Positions 1 through 10,506 of a stretch of DNA of 64,000 nt are shown here, piece by piece. Within the stretch, counting starts at the first letter, position 1. Every line of letters begins with the position of its first letter. The DNA comes from an uncultured delta proteobacterium. GTDB taxonomy: Bacteria; Myxococcota; Myxococcia; Myxococcales; Myxococcaceae. A program made the translations under genes and the position numbers. The notes beneath the pieces were generated by a model. The model did not search any database. It was not told the origin of the DNA and was given only the letters and a program-made list of their open reading frames with translations. Where the stretch lies: the NCBI GenBank assembly GCA_963796055.1, contig CAWCKH010000004.1, forward strand, positions 3,232,001 through 3,296,000, read 5' to 3'.

Positions 1-1465
1 CGTCGAGCGCGACCACCAGATCGGGGTCGTGCGGCAACTCGCCCCGGGCCTCCGGGCCGAGGAGGACGTGGAAGGCCTGTGCCACGTAGGTACGGTGCCG
101 GGCCAGCTCGACCTCGAGGCCGGCCGCGTCCACGAATCCCAGCGCGTGCGCCAGCCGGTCCCGCTCCGGTCCGGGCGGCGGCACCGCCTGTGTTTGCCGC
201 TCGTCCACCATCTGCAGCCGGTTCTCCACCCGGCGGAGGAAGGCATAGGCCTCGAGCAGCCGGTCGGCGTCGGCCTGCGACAGCAGCCCCGCCTCCACCA
301 GCCGCCGCAGCGCCCGCTGGGTGGAGCGGACCCGGAGGACCGCATTCCGGCCGCCGTGAAGGAGCTGCAGCGCCGCGGCCACGAACTCCACCTCGCGGAT
401 GCCGCCGGGACCCAGCTTCACGTCGTTCTCGCGGGTGGTGCTGCGCAGATCGATCTGCATCTTGAGGTCGCGGAGCGCCTCCACCGCGGCGAGGTCGAGC
501 GTCCGCCGCCAGACGAAGGGCCCCAGTCCCTCGAGCAGCTCTTGCCCCAGCGCCAGGTCTCCGGCCACCGGCCGGGCCTTGATCCACGCCGCCCGTTCCC
601 AGGTCCGCCCCTGCTGCTCGTAGTACTGCAGCATCGCCGGGAGCGAGAAGACCGCCGCGCCGGCGCGCCCCTGCGGCCGCAGATCCAGATCCACCCGGAA
701 GCAGAAGCCGTCCTCGGTGACGGTGGACATCGCCCGGGTCAGCGCCTCGGCGAGCCGGGTATAGTAGGTGACGGTGGGCACCGCGCCGGCGCTCCCGCCG
801 CTGGTGGTGCCGTCGCCGCGGTGCACGAGGACCAGGTCGATGTCCGAGCTCCAGTTGAGGTCCTCGCCCCCGAGCTTGCCCAGCCCGAGCACCACGAAGC
901 CCTCGGGGACCGGCGCGCCGTAGCGGTCCTGGAGCCGCGCCTCGAGCCGGGGCAAGGCGGCCCGGAGCAGCGCCTCGGCGAGCGCCGTCTGCTCCCGCCC
1001 CAGGGTCTCCATCGGCATCCCGAGCCACACGTCGCGGGCGGCGAGCCGGAGCGCCTGCCGCGCCTTGAATCGCCGGAGCCGCCGGACCAGCTCCTCCGCT
1101 CCCCCGTTCCCGGCGCGACGGAGGACCGAGGCCAGGCCTGCCTCCAGCTCTGCGACACCGAGTTGCACCCCGGTGCTCGCGCTCCGGTGCACCCAGCGCA
1201 GCAGCCCCGGCCTTCGCTGCAGCAACCGCTGCATCGACTCGCTGGCCAGCACCAGGCGGGCGGCGAGGGCCTCCGCCCCCGGCGCCTGTACCAGGGCCTC
1301 CTGGATGCGGAGCAGCCCGCGGGTGACTCCGTCCACCTCTCCGGTGCGCCGGATGGCGTCCACCAGCGCGGCGGCTTGGCGCTCCCCGAGCCGGGCCGCC
1401 AGCGCCTCGAGCTCCCGCCCGGTGCGCTCGGCCAGCCCGAGCGTGCCCGGACCCGCGGCGGTCAC
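1..1465 (-). CDS. glnE: Glutamine synthetase adenylyltransferase/adenylyl-removing enzyme GlnE (5' part; runs off the left edge)
   Basis: Manual minus-strand translation from GTG at 1465 (GTGA overlap with the upstream ATPase stop) gives GFVVLGLGKLGGEDLNWSSDIDLV, FRVDLDLRPQGRAG and YYEQQGRTWERAAWIKARPVAGD, all GlnE nucleotidyltransferase motifs. It is missing from the ORF track because there is no stop in the window. Confidence 0.93.
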   Translation of the reverse strand, partial: MTAAGPGTLGLAERTGRELEALAARLGERQAAALVDAIRRTGEVDGVTRGLLRIQEALVQAPGAEALAARLVLASESMQRLLQRRPGLLRWVHRSASTGVQLGVAELEAGLASVLRRAGNGGAEELVRRLRRFKARQALRLAARDVWLGMPMETLGREQTALAEALLRAALPRLEARLQDRYGAPVPEGFVVLGLGKLGGEDLNWSSDIDLVLVHRGDGTTSGGSAGAVPTVTYYTRLAEALTRAMSTVTEDGFCFRVDLDLRPQGRAGAAVFSLPAMLQYYEQQGRTWERAAWIKARPVAGDLALGQELLEGLGPFVWRRTLDLAAVEALRDLKMQIDLRSTTRENDVKLGPGGIREVEFVAAALQLLHGGRNAVLRVRSTQRALRRLVEAGLLSQADADRLLEAYAFLRRVENRLQMVDERQTQAVPPPGPERDRLAHALGFVDAAGLEVELARHRTYVAQAFHVLLGPEARGELPHDPDLVVALD

Positions 1466-2418
1466 GGCGTGGCGATCTGCCCCAGCTGGGTCCGCACCTT
1501 CTCCACGTCGGAGGCGTGCTTGAGGAGCACGTTCAGCGTCGCGGCGACCAGCTCGGGCGAGAGGGACTCGGCGTTGAGCAGCACCAGGCTCCTCGCCCAG
1601 TCCAGCGTCTCGCTGATGGAAGGTGGCTTCTTCAGCTCGATGCTCCGGATGCGCTCCACCGCCCCCACCACCTGGGCCGCGAGGGTCGCCGGCACCTCGG
1701 GCGCCCGGGTGCGGACGATGCGCAGCTCCCGCTCGCGGTCGGGGAAGTCGATGTGGAGGTGCAGGCAGCGGCGCTTGAGGGCGTCGGACAGCTCACGCGC
1801 CGCATTGGAGGTCAGCACCGCCCGGGGAGACGACTTGGCCCGGAGCGTCCCCAGCTCCGGGATGGTGACCGCGGCGTCGGCCAGCACCTCCAGGAGGAAG
1901 GCCTCGAACTCCGGGTCCGCCTTGTCCACCTCGTCCACGAGCAGCAGCGCGGGAGTGGGCGAGAGCAGGGCGCGGAGCACGGGCCGCGGGAGCAGGAAGC
2001 GCTCGGAGAAGAACACCGCGTCGGATGCCGCGATGCGGTCCGCCGCCTCGGCAAGCGTCGCCGCGCCGGCGAGCGACTCTCCTAGCTTGTCCCTGAGGAT
2101 CTGCGTGTACAGCAGCTGCTTGGCGTACTCCCACTCGTACAGCGCCTTCGCCTCGTCCAGCCCCTCGTAGCACTGCAGCCGGAACAGCTGCCGCCCCAGG
2201 GCCTGGGCCATGGCCCGGGCGAACTCGGTCTTCCCCACCCCCGCCGGCCCCTCCACCAGGACGGGCTTCTCCAGCCGATCGGCGAGGAAGGCGGCGGTGG
2301 CGATCTCGGTCGACGCCAGATACCCGGTCGCCTGAAGGCGGTCCCGGGCGTCTGTCACGGAGGTGAACCCTGGCAGCACCCCTGTCGGAGAGGTCGACGG
2401 TGTGACCGAATTTTCCAC
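1462..2418 (-). CDS. MoxR/CoxD-family AAA+ ATPase
   Basis: Walker A EGPAGVGKT, RLQCYEGLDEAKALYEWEY, Walker B LLLVDEVDK, TSNAARELSDALKRRC. Start taken at GTG 2418; the track's start at 2724 looks overextended. Confidence 0.88.
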   Translation of the reverse strand: MENSVTPSTSPTGVLPGFTSVTDARDRLQATGYLASTEIATAAFLADRLEKPVLVEGPAGVGKTEFARAMAQALGRQLFRLQCYEGLDEAKALYEWEYAKQLLYTQILRDKLGESLAGAATLAEAADRIAASDAVFFSERFLLPRPVLRALLSPTPALLLVDEVDKADPEFEAFLLEVLADAAVTIPELGTLRAKSSPRAVLTSNAARELSDALKRRCLHLHIDFPDRERELRIVRTRAPEVPATLAAQVVGAVERIRSIELKKPPSISETLDWARSLVLLNAESLSPELVAATLNVLLKHASDVEKVRTQLGQIATP

Positions 2419-2563
2419 AGTGAGTTGCCGTCCCTGTTTCTTGCCGGCCGCCGGGCCGACGCGCATCCCGTGGATATCAGAGGTGCGGCGGCCGGGCACG
2501 AACGGTGGTCCGGTGCGTGCAAAGGGCTCGGTGGACGGGGCCAGGCCGAGGGCTCCGAGAGGT

Positions 2564-2812
2564 GTGAACGTGAGGTCGCCCGGGGTCAAGATGTGGCTGG
2601 GACTGGTGGCGCTGCTGCTCCCTGGCGGACTTCTCTTGCTGATGGGATGGGTGCTCGTCCGCGCCCTGACCCGGGCCAGTGCCCGGATCCGACTGGAGAC
2701 GGCGTCCATCGGTGAGCCGTCCAATGCGTGGCAACCGGTGTGGCAGGTGTGTCAGGCGGTGTCGCAGGTGCGCATTCGCGACGTGCTGCGGGAGGCCCGG
2801 GGCTCTCTGTAG
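2564..2812 (+). CDS. Small hypothetical membrane protein
   Basis: Hydrophobic hairpin MWLGLVALLLPGGLLLLMGWVLV. It fills the gap between the divergent ATPase and the convergent aglZ. Start is GTG 2564 or ATG 2591. Confidence 0.5.
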   Translation: MNVRSPGVKMWLGLVALLLPGGLLLLMGWVLVRALTRASARIRLETASIGEPSNAWQPVWQVCQAVSQVRIRDVLREARGSL

Positions 2813-2834
2813 CCCCCGGTCCGAAGACCTGGCT

Positions 2835-5800
2835 TCAGGGCTTGTCGAGCTCGTCGACCAGCTTCTGCCAGGCCTCGTCGCCGTCGTTGGGCGGTGTCTG
2901 CTTCGGCGCCGCCGCCGGGGCAGTGCGCTGGACCACCACGTTCGCCCCGGAGGGAGTCGACGGCGCCGGCGCGGCGCGTGCCTTGAGCCGGGCCAGCTCG
3001 AGCTCGGCGACCTTCAGCGCCCGGGCGCGCTCCTGCACCGACTGCTGGAGACGGGCCACCTCCTGCGCCTTCGCCGCGTCCCGCCGCTCGAGCTCCGCCC
3101 GCTGCTTCGCCACCAGCTCCTCGCGCTCGCCGAGGGCCCGGGCCTCGATCTCCTTGCGTGCCTTCTCCGCCGCCGCGAGCCGTCCGGCGGCATCCGCGGC
3201 CCGCGCCTCCGCCGCCTGGACCCGGCCCCCGAGCTCGCGCTCGATCCGCGTGCGCTCCGCCACCGCGCTGCGCGCCTCGGCCTGCAGCGCGGCCGCCCGC
3301 TGCACGGCCTCCTCCCGCTCGGCCTCCGCCCGTGCGCCCGCCTCCTCGAGCTCCGCCACCCGGGCGCCCAGCTGGGCGGCCGTCTCCTGCGCCTGCGCCT
3401 CGGCCGCCTCGGCACGCTCCAGCAGCGCCTGCTCCCGGCCCGCAGCCTCGGCGCGCTCGCTGGACAGCACTGCCTCGAGCTCGGCGCCGCGGGTGCGGAG
3501 GGACTCGACCTCGGCCCCGAGCTCGGTCCGCGCCCTGTCGCGCTCGGTCTGCGCCTGGGCGAGCTGCGCCGAGAGCTGATCCACCCGCCCTCCGAGCTCG
3601 GTCTTGAGGGTCAGCGTCTCGCGGGTCGCGGTGGCGAGCTTCTGCGAGAGCTCGGTCTGTCGGCGTCCCGCGGCCTCGGTGAACTCCTTGAAGCGCGCCT
3701 CGGCCTGCTTGAGCTGCTCGCCCCGGGCCTGCGCGTCCCGGGCGGCCGCCTCCCGCTCACGCGCCCGCTCGGCGTTGGCCTCGGCCAGCCGCGCCCGGGC
3801 CTCCTCGAGCTGGGTGGTGAGCCCGGCCAGGTCGCCGCGGAGCAACTCCTCCTGCCGGGCTGCGGCATCCTGGAATTCGCGCAGCCTCTCCTCGAGGTCT
3901 GCCCGGGCGTCCTCGGTCTGCGCGAGCTGGCCCGACAGCCGGGTCACCTCGCCCACCCGCGTGCCCAGCTCCTGCTTGGTGAGGGAGAGGAGCTCCACGT
4001 GGTCCGCCAGCTCGTCCTTGTGCTGGGCCAGGTCCAGGTCCAGCGCGGCGCGCGCCCGGGAGGTGGCCTCGAGCTCGCCGCGGGTCGCCGCGTGGTGCGC
4101 GCGCTCCTGGCCCAGCTCGGACGTGGTCGCCTCAAGCTGGCCCCGGGTGTCCACCACCAGGCGCTCGGCCCGGTCGAGCGAAGCCTGGCTGTCGGCCAGC
4201 AGCTGCTGGGTGGCAGCCAGCTCGCCCTGCAGCGCGAGCTTCTCCGCCTCCACCGCCGCGAGGCTGGCCTCCAGCTCGGAGCCGCGGGCCCGCGCCTCGC
4301 GCAGCTGGACGTCCGCCTCCTCCAGTTCCCGGACGAACTCCTGGGCCTGCTGGGCGCGCTCGGCGAGCTGCTCCTGCGCGGTGGCCAGGGCGTCCTCGGT
4401 CCGGGCCAGGTCGGCCTGGAGCCTCGTCCGCTCGGCCTCCACCTGCGCCCGCGCGCTCCGTTCGGCCTCCAGCGCCGCGGCGGTCTCGGCCAGCCTCGTG
4501 GTCAGGCCCTTCACCTGCCTGGTGAGCTCGGTCTCGCGCTCCTCGAGCTGGGCGCGGGTGGCCTCGAGCTCGCCCTCCAGCTCCCCGATGCGCTCGAGCT
4601 TCGCCTGGACCTGGGAGTGCATCTCGGCTTCGACGCTCTCCCGCTGCTCGTGCGCCTGCGCGAGCTCCCGCTCCAGCGCCGCGGTCCGGGCGTCGCGCTC
4701 GGCGAGCCGGTCCGCCATCTGCTTGCCGAGGTGCTCCAGCTCCAGCTTGAGGTTCTCGCCCGCCGTCTCGGCGGCGAACAGGCGTTGCTCCAGCCCCTGC
4801 ACCTGGGCGGTGTTGCGCGCTTCGGCCTGCTCGCGCTCCTCCACCAGCCGGACGACCTCGGCCTCCGCCTTGTCCGCCCGCCCCTCGCCCTTCAGCGCCC
4901 GGGCCTCCAGCGAGGCCACGGTCGATTCGCGCTCGCTGCGCGTCTCGGCCAGCGTCCTCTCCAGCTCGGCGATGCGCCGGGCGCTCTCCGCGTCGTGGCT
5001 GTCTCGCTCCTGGGTGGTGCGCTCGAGCGCCTCCCGCGTCGCCGCCAGGTCGCGCTCGGCGGCCTCGGCACGGGCGGTCATGGTCGCCAGTCCGCTGGAG
5101 AGCGTCTGCTCCTTCACCTCGAACTCGAGCGTCGCCACCCCCAGCGCGCGCTCCAGCCGCTCGGCCTCGGCCAGTCCTCGCTCCACGGCCTGGACCTTCT
5201 CCCGGAGCTCCTCCTCGCGCGCGGTGAGCTCGCGGCGGGTGTGGTTGAGGTCCTTCTCCTTGGAGGCCACCACCTCGATGAGGTCCTTCTCGGTGGCGAA
5301 TTTCTGGAGCAGCAGGTCATCGACGGTCGCCCCGTGCTCCCGCTCCTTCTGCAGCATCGCCGCCTGGGCCTCGTTGAAGCGGCGGAGCAGGTCGTCCACC
5401 TGCATCTTCAGCCCCTGCAGCTCGACGTCCTTCTCGTGCAGCCGGTCCTCGACGCTGAGCAGCTCGCGCTCGCGGACGGTCCAGATCTCCGAGATGCGGG
5501 CCAGCTGGGCCTCGCGGAGCTTCAGCTCGTCGCGGAGGAATCTGGATCTTCCCCTCCGGCGTGCCCATCGCCTCGCGGCGCGGCGGTGTCCGCCGCAGCT
5601 TCTGGGACTCGGCGAGCAGCTCGGCCTTCCGGTCGGCGATGGAGGCGAAGGTCCGGTCGAGGAACGCCCGGTCCTCCTCGGTGAACGCGCTCCGCCGCTC
5701 GCGCCGTGGCAACCGTGGGGGGCTCCCCGGAGGCGGCGCCCGGAGCGGTGGCGGCACCGGCATCTCCCGGGTGGGGGTGGGCCGGGCCTCGCCGGTGAGC

Positions 5801-6213
5801 GCCTCCTCGAGCGAGCGGTCCATGTCGTCGCCCGCGGGCGGGGGCGGCAGGATGCCGTGGGTCATCTGCGCCAGCTCGCCCATCTCGAAGGGAATGGTGA
5901 GGTAGCCGTCGGCGGCGTTCGGCCCCTGCGAGTGCTGGGCTAGGCCCTCCTGCCCCACGTCGGACGAGAGCAGGAGGACCGGGAGGTTCTGGCCGAAGCG
6001 GCCCTTCTTGATCTGCCCGCAGAGCACGAAGCCGGACTGGTCCGGCAACTCGGCGCGGAGCACTACCAGGTCCGGGCGCCGCAGCTCGAGCTCGCGCTGG
6101 GCATCGGCGGCGTTGTCGGCCGTGGCGGTCTGGAAACCCGCCGACCGGAGCACGGAGGCCATGCTCAGGGCGAACTCGTTCTGACTCTCGACGATGAGGA
6201 CTCGACGCTCCAT
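2835..6213 (-). CDS. aglZ: Adventurous gliding motility protein AglZ (pseudo-receiver domain, Pro-rich linker, long coiled coil); one apparent +1 frameshift at ~5539-5540
   Basis: The N-terminus MERRVLIVESQNEFALSMASVL...RRPDLVVLRAELPDQSGFVLCG closely matches myxobacterial AglZ. Removing one base of the AA at 5539-5540 restores KIQILRDELK and joins ORF 5317-6216 to the heptad-rich ORF 2835-5405. Confidence 0.9.
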
Positions 6214-6228
6214 CAAGGGGGGCAGAGC

Positions 6229-7506
6229 TTACCCGAAGCCCCCGGTGGGCGTGCCGGGGTCGGTGCCCTCTGGCGCTCGCCCGTCCCGCGGCCGGGGAGA
6301 CCCGCTCCACGCCGGAAAGGGCGAGGGTCGCGAGGGTCCGGACCCGACAGTCCAGGCCGCGGGAGCCGCGCCGTGCGCCCGGTAGAGGTCCCGGAGCAGT
6401 CCCCGGACCCGCGCACCGTCGTGCCGCCGGTCCACGTAGGCCCGTGCCTCGGCGCCGGACTGCTCGAGCAGCTCCGGCGTGGAGGTGAGCGCCAGGAGCG
6501 CGTCCCCGAGGGCCTCGGCGTCCGCGCCGGGGAAGAAGACGGTGCAGCCGGCCGGCAAGTCCGCCCGTGCCGCCTCCGAGTCCGGCGCCAGCACCGTCCG
6601 CCCGCGGGCGTACGCCTCGAGCGCCTCGGAGAGGACGGCAGGGATGCGTGCGTCGGGACCGAAGCCGGAGAGAACCTCCACGTCGGCCCAGGCCCGGGGG
6701 AGCGCGCCCGGAGGCCCGGATGTCACCCCGGCCAGACGCGCCGCCGCGCTCACCTCCCGCTGCAGCGCCGCGTCCCAGGGCTTGCTGCGCGGCTGGGCGA
6801 GGTGAAGCCGGGCCCGTTGACCCAGCGGCCGGACCGCCTCGAGGAGGAGCCGGAGTCCGGCGCTCGACAGGTCCCAGCCCACGTGTCGGATGCGCAACGG
6901 TCCGGGACCTCGGGGGAGCGGCTCACCTGGCTCCACGCCGTCGGGGACGAGGTGCATGGCCGTCCGTCGGCCCCGGGCCCCGACCTCCTCGGCGCGGGTC
7001 CGGGTGGTGACGACCACCGCGTCGGCCTGGCCCAGGCACCGGTCCTCCGAGCGCCGCAGCGCCAGGTCGAGCACCGCGCCCTCGCGGCCTCTGCCGAGCA
7101 GCATCGGCAGCTCGGAGGAGGGGAGACGCCGGGCCTCGTAGAGGAGCGGCGGCCGGCGTGGGTGGGTGAGCACCGCGGCGCCCACCAGGGGGTCGGCGGT
7201 GTGCACCAGGGCGTACGCGTCCGAGTCCAGCTGCCGGGACACCGCGCGGCCGAAGGCCTCCACTTGCTCCAGCAGCTGGCCGGGCCCGGGCGGCACCCGG
7301 AGCACGCGGGCCCCGTGGAGCGACTCGGTGTGGGCCAGCCCCGGACCGCGAAGCGAGAGGGTGACGACCCGATACCGGTTCGCGCTCCCCCGCACGCCCT
7401 CCGTCATCCGACGGGCCCACGCCGACGGCCCGGGCCATACCTCGAACCCGGCAAGCAGGATGGCTGGGACGTCGGTCATCACGGGCAGCGGGGCGGAGGA
7501 TGACAC
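6229..7506 (-). CDS. Glycosyltransferase family 4 (GT-B fold)-like protein
   Basis: VHTADP...LLYEAR, ADAVVVTT, VPDGV, LEAYARGRTVLAPD and DAEALGDALLAL fit a GT4 pattern. Start is 7506 or ATG ~7479. Confidence 0.72.
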   Translation of the reverse strand: MSSSAPLPVMTDVPAILLAGFEVWPGPSAWARRMTEGVRGSANRYRVVTLSLRGPGLAHTESLHGARVLRVPPGPGQLLEQVEAFGRAVSRQLDSDAYALVHTADPLVGAAVLTHPRRPPLLYEARRLPSSELPMLLGRGREGAVLDLALRRSEDRCLGQADAVVVTTRTRAEEVGARGRRTAMHLVPDGVEPGEPLPRGPGPLRIRHVGWDLSSAGLRLLLEAVRPLGQRARLHLAQPRSKPWDAALQREVSAAARLAGVTSGPPGALPRAWADVEVLSGFGPDARIPAVLSEALEAYARGRTVLAPDSEAARADLPAGCTVFFPGADAEALGDALLALTSTPELLEQSGAEARAYVDRRHDGARVRGLLRDLYRAHGAAPAAWTVGSGPSRPSPFPAWSGSPRPRDGRAPEGTDPGTPTGGFG

Positions 7507-7520
7507 ATCTTGCCGAGACG

Positions 7521-7550
7521 TTGACCGGAGGCGTCACCGACGCGTAAGCG
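7521..7550 (+). promoter_or_regulatory. Putative sigma70-type promoter for the DUF4912/GH57 operon
   Basis: TTGACC-N18-TAAGCG, about 60 bp upstream of ATG 7614. Confidence 0.35.
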
Positions 7551-7613
7551 GCGGTTCAGGGCGGTGGGGTGCTTCCACCGCGGCGCGAAACCGGCGGGGC
7601 CTTCGGAAGGGTG

Positions 7614-8792
7614 ATGGACGACTTGAAGAAGCTCAGCGTGGAGCGGCTCCGAGAGCTCGCGCGGAAGCACCTGGGCAAGGGTCACAGCCGACTCCGCACC
7701 AGGGCCCAGCTGCTCGAGGCGCTCAAGGAGGTGGTGCGCGAGCCGCTGGCGCGCCTGCGCGATGTCGCCGAGTCGGTGGTTCCGGCGGTGAAGGCCGAGG
7801 TCCGGGTGGTCGACTTTCCCCCGGGTCGAAAGGGACGTGTGCGCGCCGAACGCACCGGGCCCGAGGCGTCCACGCCGTCCAGACCTCCGGGTTCCGCGCG
7901 GCCCGCGCCCACCCGCGCCCCGGCAGCCGCCGGCCAGCGGCGGGCAGAGCCGGCGCCCCGCGACCGCACCTCCCAGCCGGCCGTCCGCGGTGCGGCGCCC
8001 GGCGGGAACGGGGGCGCCGGAGCACCGGCGCAGCGGGACGCCGGGGCCGGCACGGCGGCCATCGCGCGCGCGGTGCGGCGCACCCGGACGGCTCCGGTGG
8101 AGGGACGCCTCGACGCCGGGAGCTCGCCGCCCCGCCGCACAGGGGCGGTGGATTCCGCTCCGCGGGTCGAGGCCCCGGTGGAAGAGGGCTTCTTCGAGGC
8201 GCCGGCCGAGCCCCGGCGTCCGCGTCGTGCGCCTGCGCCCAGCGGGCCGCTCGAGCGCGAGCCCTTCGCCTCCCCCCGCGAGGTAGGCACCGACGCGCCG
8301 CTGCTCCTGGTGCGCGACCCCACCACCCTCTTCGTCTTCTGGGACTTCCGCCGCGAGCTCGAACGGGGCGCGGCGCTGGGTCTGCGCGATCCGAAGCTGC
8401 TCATTCGCCTCTACCGGGGAGCAGACCTGGACCGGAGCCTCGAGCTTCCGCTCACCGCGCGGAGCACGTACGTGACCGGACTCACCTCCGGGCAGGAGTA
8501 CACCGCCGAGGTGCTGCTCCTGGGCCGCGACGGCTGGACCCGCCCGGTGGGCTCGCGAAGCGCGGTCCGCCGCCTGCCGCCGGGCCGTGTCTCGGGGCAG
8601 CTCGAGGTGCGGACGCTCCGGCTACCCTGGTCCGAGCCTCTGTCGGGAGTGCCTGCGCCGTCGCCGCCCTCGTCTTCGCGGCACGAGCCGCTGGACTCGC
8701 CGCGCCGGGTCCCGCTGCCCACCAGCCCCGGGGCGCGGGGTCCGGCAGGCGGTCCGGGTCCGTCCGGCGCCCCTCGCTCCGGGCGGAACTGA
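7614..8792 (+). CDS. DUF4912 domain protein with an N-terminal Rho_N/HeH-like helical motif
   Basis: N-terminal LKKLSVERLRELARKHLGKGHSRLRTRAQLLEAL, a low-complexity Pro/Ala/Arg linker, then the DUF4912-type LLVRDPTTLFVFWDF. It lies directly upstream of a GH57 gene. Confidence 0.75.
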   Translation: MDDLKKLSVERLRELARKHLGKGHSRLRTRAQLLEALKEVVREPLARLRDVAESVVPAVKAEVRVVDFPPGRKGRVRAERTGPEASTPSRPPGSARPAPTRAPAAAGQRRAEPAPRDRTSQPAVRGAAPGGNGGAGAPAQRDAGAGTAAIARAVRRTRTAPVEGRLDAGSSPPRRTGAVDSAPRVEAPVEEGFFEAPAEPRRPRRAPAPSGPLEREPFASPREVGTDAPLLLVRDPTTLFVFWDFRRELERGAALGLRDPKLLIRLYRGADLDRSLELPLTARSTYVTGLTSGQEYTAEVLLLGRDGWTRPVGSRSAVRRLPPGRVSGQLEVRTLRLPWSEPLSGVPAPSPPSSSRHEPLDSPRRVPLPTSPGARGPAGGPGPSGAPRSGRN

Positions 8793-8804
8793 GGCGGCCG
8801 GCCG

Positions 8805-10385
8805 ATGCTGCAGCCGCGGGGCGCGCTGATGCTGGTGCTCCACGCCCACCTCCCGTACGTCCGCCACCCGGACGACGAGGACCACCTCGAGGAGGAGTGG
8901 CTCCACGAGGCGGTGCTCGAGTGCTACCTCCCGTTGCTCGAGCTGCTGGAGCGGCTCGGCGACGAGGGCGTGCCGGTGCGGCTCACCCTGTCGCTCACCC
9001 CCACGCTGGTGGCGATGCTCGAGGACCCCCTGCTCCGCGCGCGCATCGGCCGCCGCATCGACCGGCAGCGCGCGCTGGCCGAGCGCGAGGTGCGCCGCAC
9101 GCGGGGAGACCCCGCCGTGCACGCCGTGGCGCGCTTCTACCAGGCGCGCCTCGACCGCCTGGAGCAGCGGTGGAGCGCGCGGTACCGGGGTGAGCTCGTC
9201 CCGGCCTTCGCCGCGCTGCGGGATCGCGGCCTGGTGGAGCTGGTCGCCTCCGGGGCGACGCACGGCTTTCTCCCCCTCCTTCGCCCTGCCCCCCAGGCGG
9301 TCCGGGCACAGGTGTCCGTCGGCGCCGCCGAGCACGCGCGCGCGTTCGGCCGACCCCCCAGCGGTTTCTGGCTCCCCGAGTGCGGCTATTACCCGGGCCT
9401 CGAGCGCGTGCTGGCGGAGGAGGAGCTCCGCTTCACCTTCCTCGACGCCCACGGCCTGACCGACGCCGAGCCGCGCCCGCTGCTCTCGGTGCATGCTCCG
9501 GCGTTCACGCCCTCGGGCGTGGCGGTGTACGCGCGCGACCCCGAGGCCTCCGAGCAGGTGTGGAGCGCGGAGGTGGGCTACCCGGCGGACCCGGTGTACC
9601 GCGACTTCTACCGGGACATCGGCTGGGACCTGCCCGAGGACGCGCTGGTTCCGGTGGTGGGGCCGGGGCGGCCACGGCGGGCGACGGGCTTCAAGTACCA
9701 CCGCATCACCGGGGGCGGAGCCGAGAAGGCCATCTGGGCCCCCGAGCCAGCGTTGGCCCGGGCCCGCGAGCACGCCCGGCACTTCGTGGGCCGGGTCCTG
9801 GAGCGCACCCGGGCGCTGGTCGGACGGATGGAGCGCGATCCGCTGGTGGTCGCCCCCTACGACGCCGAGCTCTTCGGTCACTGGTGGTTCGAGGGCCCGG
9901 CGTTCCTCGAGGCGCTGTTCCGCGAGGCCGCCGCCGCGGGTCTGGTGGTGGTGACCCCGGCGGACGACCTCCAGGCCTGGCCCGAGGCGCAGGTCGTCTC
10001 GCCGGTGGAGAGCAGCTGGGGCGAGCACGGACACGCCTCGATGTGGCTCGACCCGGTGAACGACTGGATTCCCCAGGCGCTCTTCGGGTGCGCGCAGATG
10101 CTGGCCCCGTTCGCCCGTCTGGGGCGTGTGTCGGGGGTGGAGGGGCGCGCGCTGGTGCAGGCCCTCCGGGAGCTGCTCCTCGCCCAGTCGTCGGACTTCG
10201 CCTTCATCCTCCGGAGCGGCACCGTGACCGCCTATGCCCGTGCCCGTGTGCAGGCTCACCTCTCGGCGTTCCTGGAGCTGGTGCGTGCGGTGCGCACCGG
10301 AACGGTGGATCCGCTGCGGCTTCAACAGCTCCAGCAGCGCGATGCGCTCTTCCCGGACCTCACCCTCGACGCGTTCCGGGAGTGA
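8805..10385 (+). CDS. Glycoside hydrolase family 57 (DUF1957) 1,4-alpha-glucan branching enzyme
   Basis: LVLHAHLPYVRHP, ATHGFLPLL, GFWLPECGY (nucleophile Glu), PYDAELFGHWWFEGP (acid/base Asp), RELLLAQSSD. Confidence 0.92.
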   Translation: MLQPRGALMLVLHAHLPYVRHPDDEDHLEEEWLHEAVLECYLPLLELLERLGDEGVPVRLTLSLTPTLVAMLEDPLLRARIGRRIDRQRALAEREVRRTRGDPAVHAVARFYQARLDRLEQRWSARYRGELVPAFAALRDRGLVELVASGATHGFLPLLRPAPQAVRAQVSVGAAEHARAFGRPPSGFWLPECGYYPGLERVLAEEELRFTFLDAHGLTDAEPRPLLSVHAPAFTPSGVAVYARDPEASEQVWSAEVGYPADPVYRDFYRDIGWDLPEDALVPVVGPGRPRRATGFKYHRITGGGAEKAIWAPEPALARAREHARHFVGRVLERTRALVGRMERDPLVVAPYDAELFGHWWFEGPAFLEALFREAAAAGLVVVTPADDLQAWPEAQVVSPVESSWGEHGHASMWLDPVNDWIPQALFGCAQMLAPFARLGRVSGVEGRALVQALRELLLAQSSDFAFILRSGTVTAYARARVQAHLSAFLELVRAVRTGTVDPLRLQQLQQRDALFPDLTLDAFRE

Positions 10386-10506
10386 GGGCCTCCCTGAACG
10401 CCCGGCTCCGTTGGAAGAACCTGCGGCCCCGGGCTGTTCAAGCCAAGGCCCAGAACATGCAATCTTGCTTGCGCCGGGTCCGGCGCCTTTTACGTTGGGT
10501 CTCGAC

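Noticed and set aside
2835..5540. Repetitive GAGCTC/CTCG-rich DNA as a tandem array or CRISPR
   Set aside because: It reflects Glu/Leu/Ala/Arg heptads of the AglZ coiled coil. I saw no fixed-length repeat-spacer pattern here or elsewhere in the window.
29..5943. Long plus-strand ORFs 29-2170, 2679-5684 and 3604-5943
   Set aside because: They are antisense shadows of glnE, the AAA ATPase and aglZ caused by GC-rich codon bias, and show no recognisable motifs.
7581..7596. GG-N10-GC sigma54-like spacing upstream of the DUF4912 gene
   Set aside because: It lacks the TGGCAC and TTGC context, and such matches are expected by chance at this GC content.
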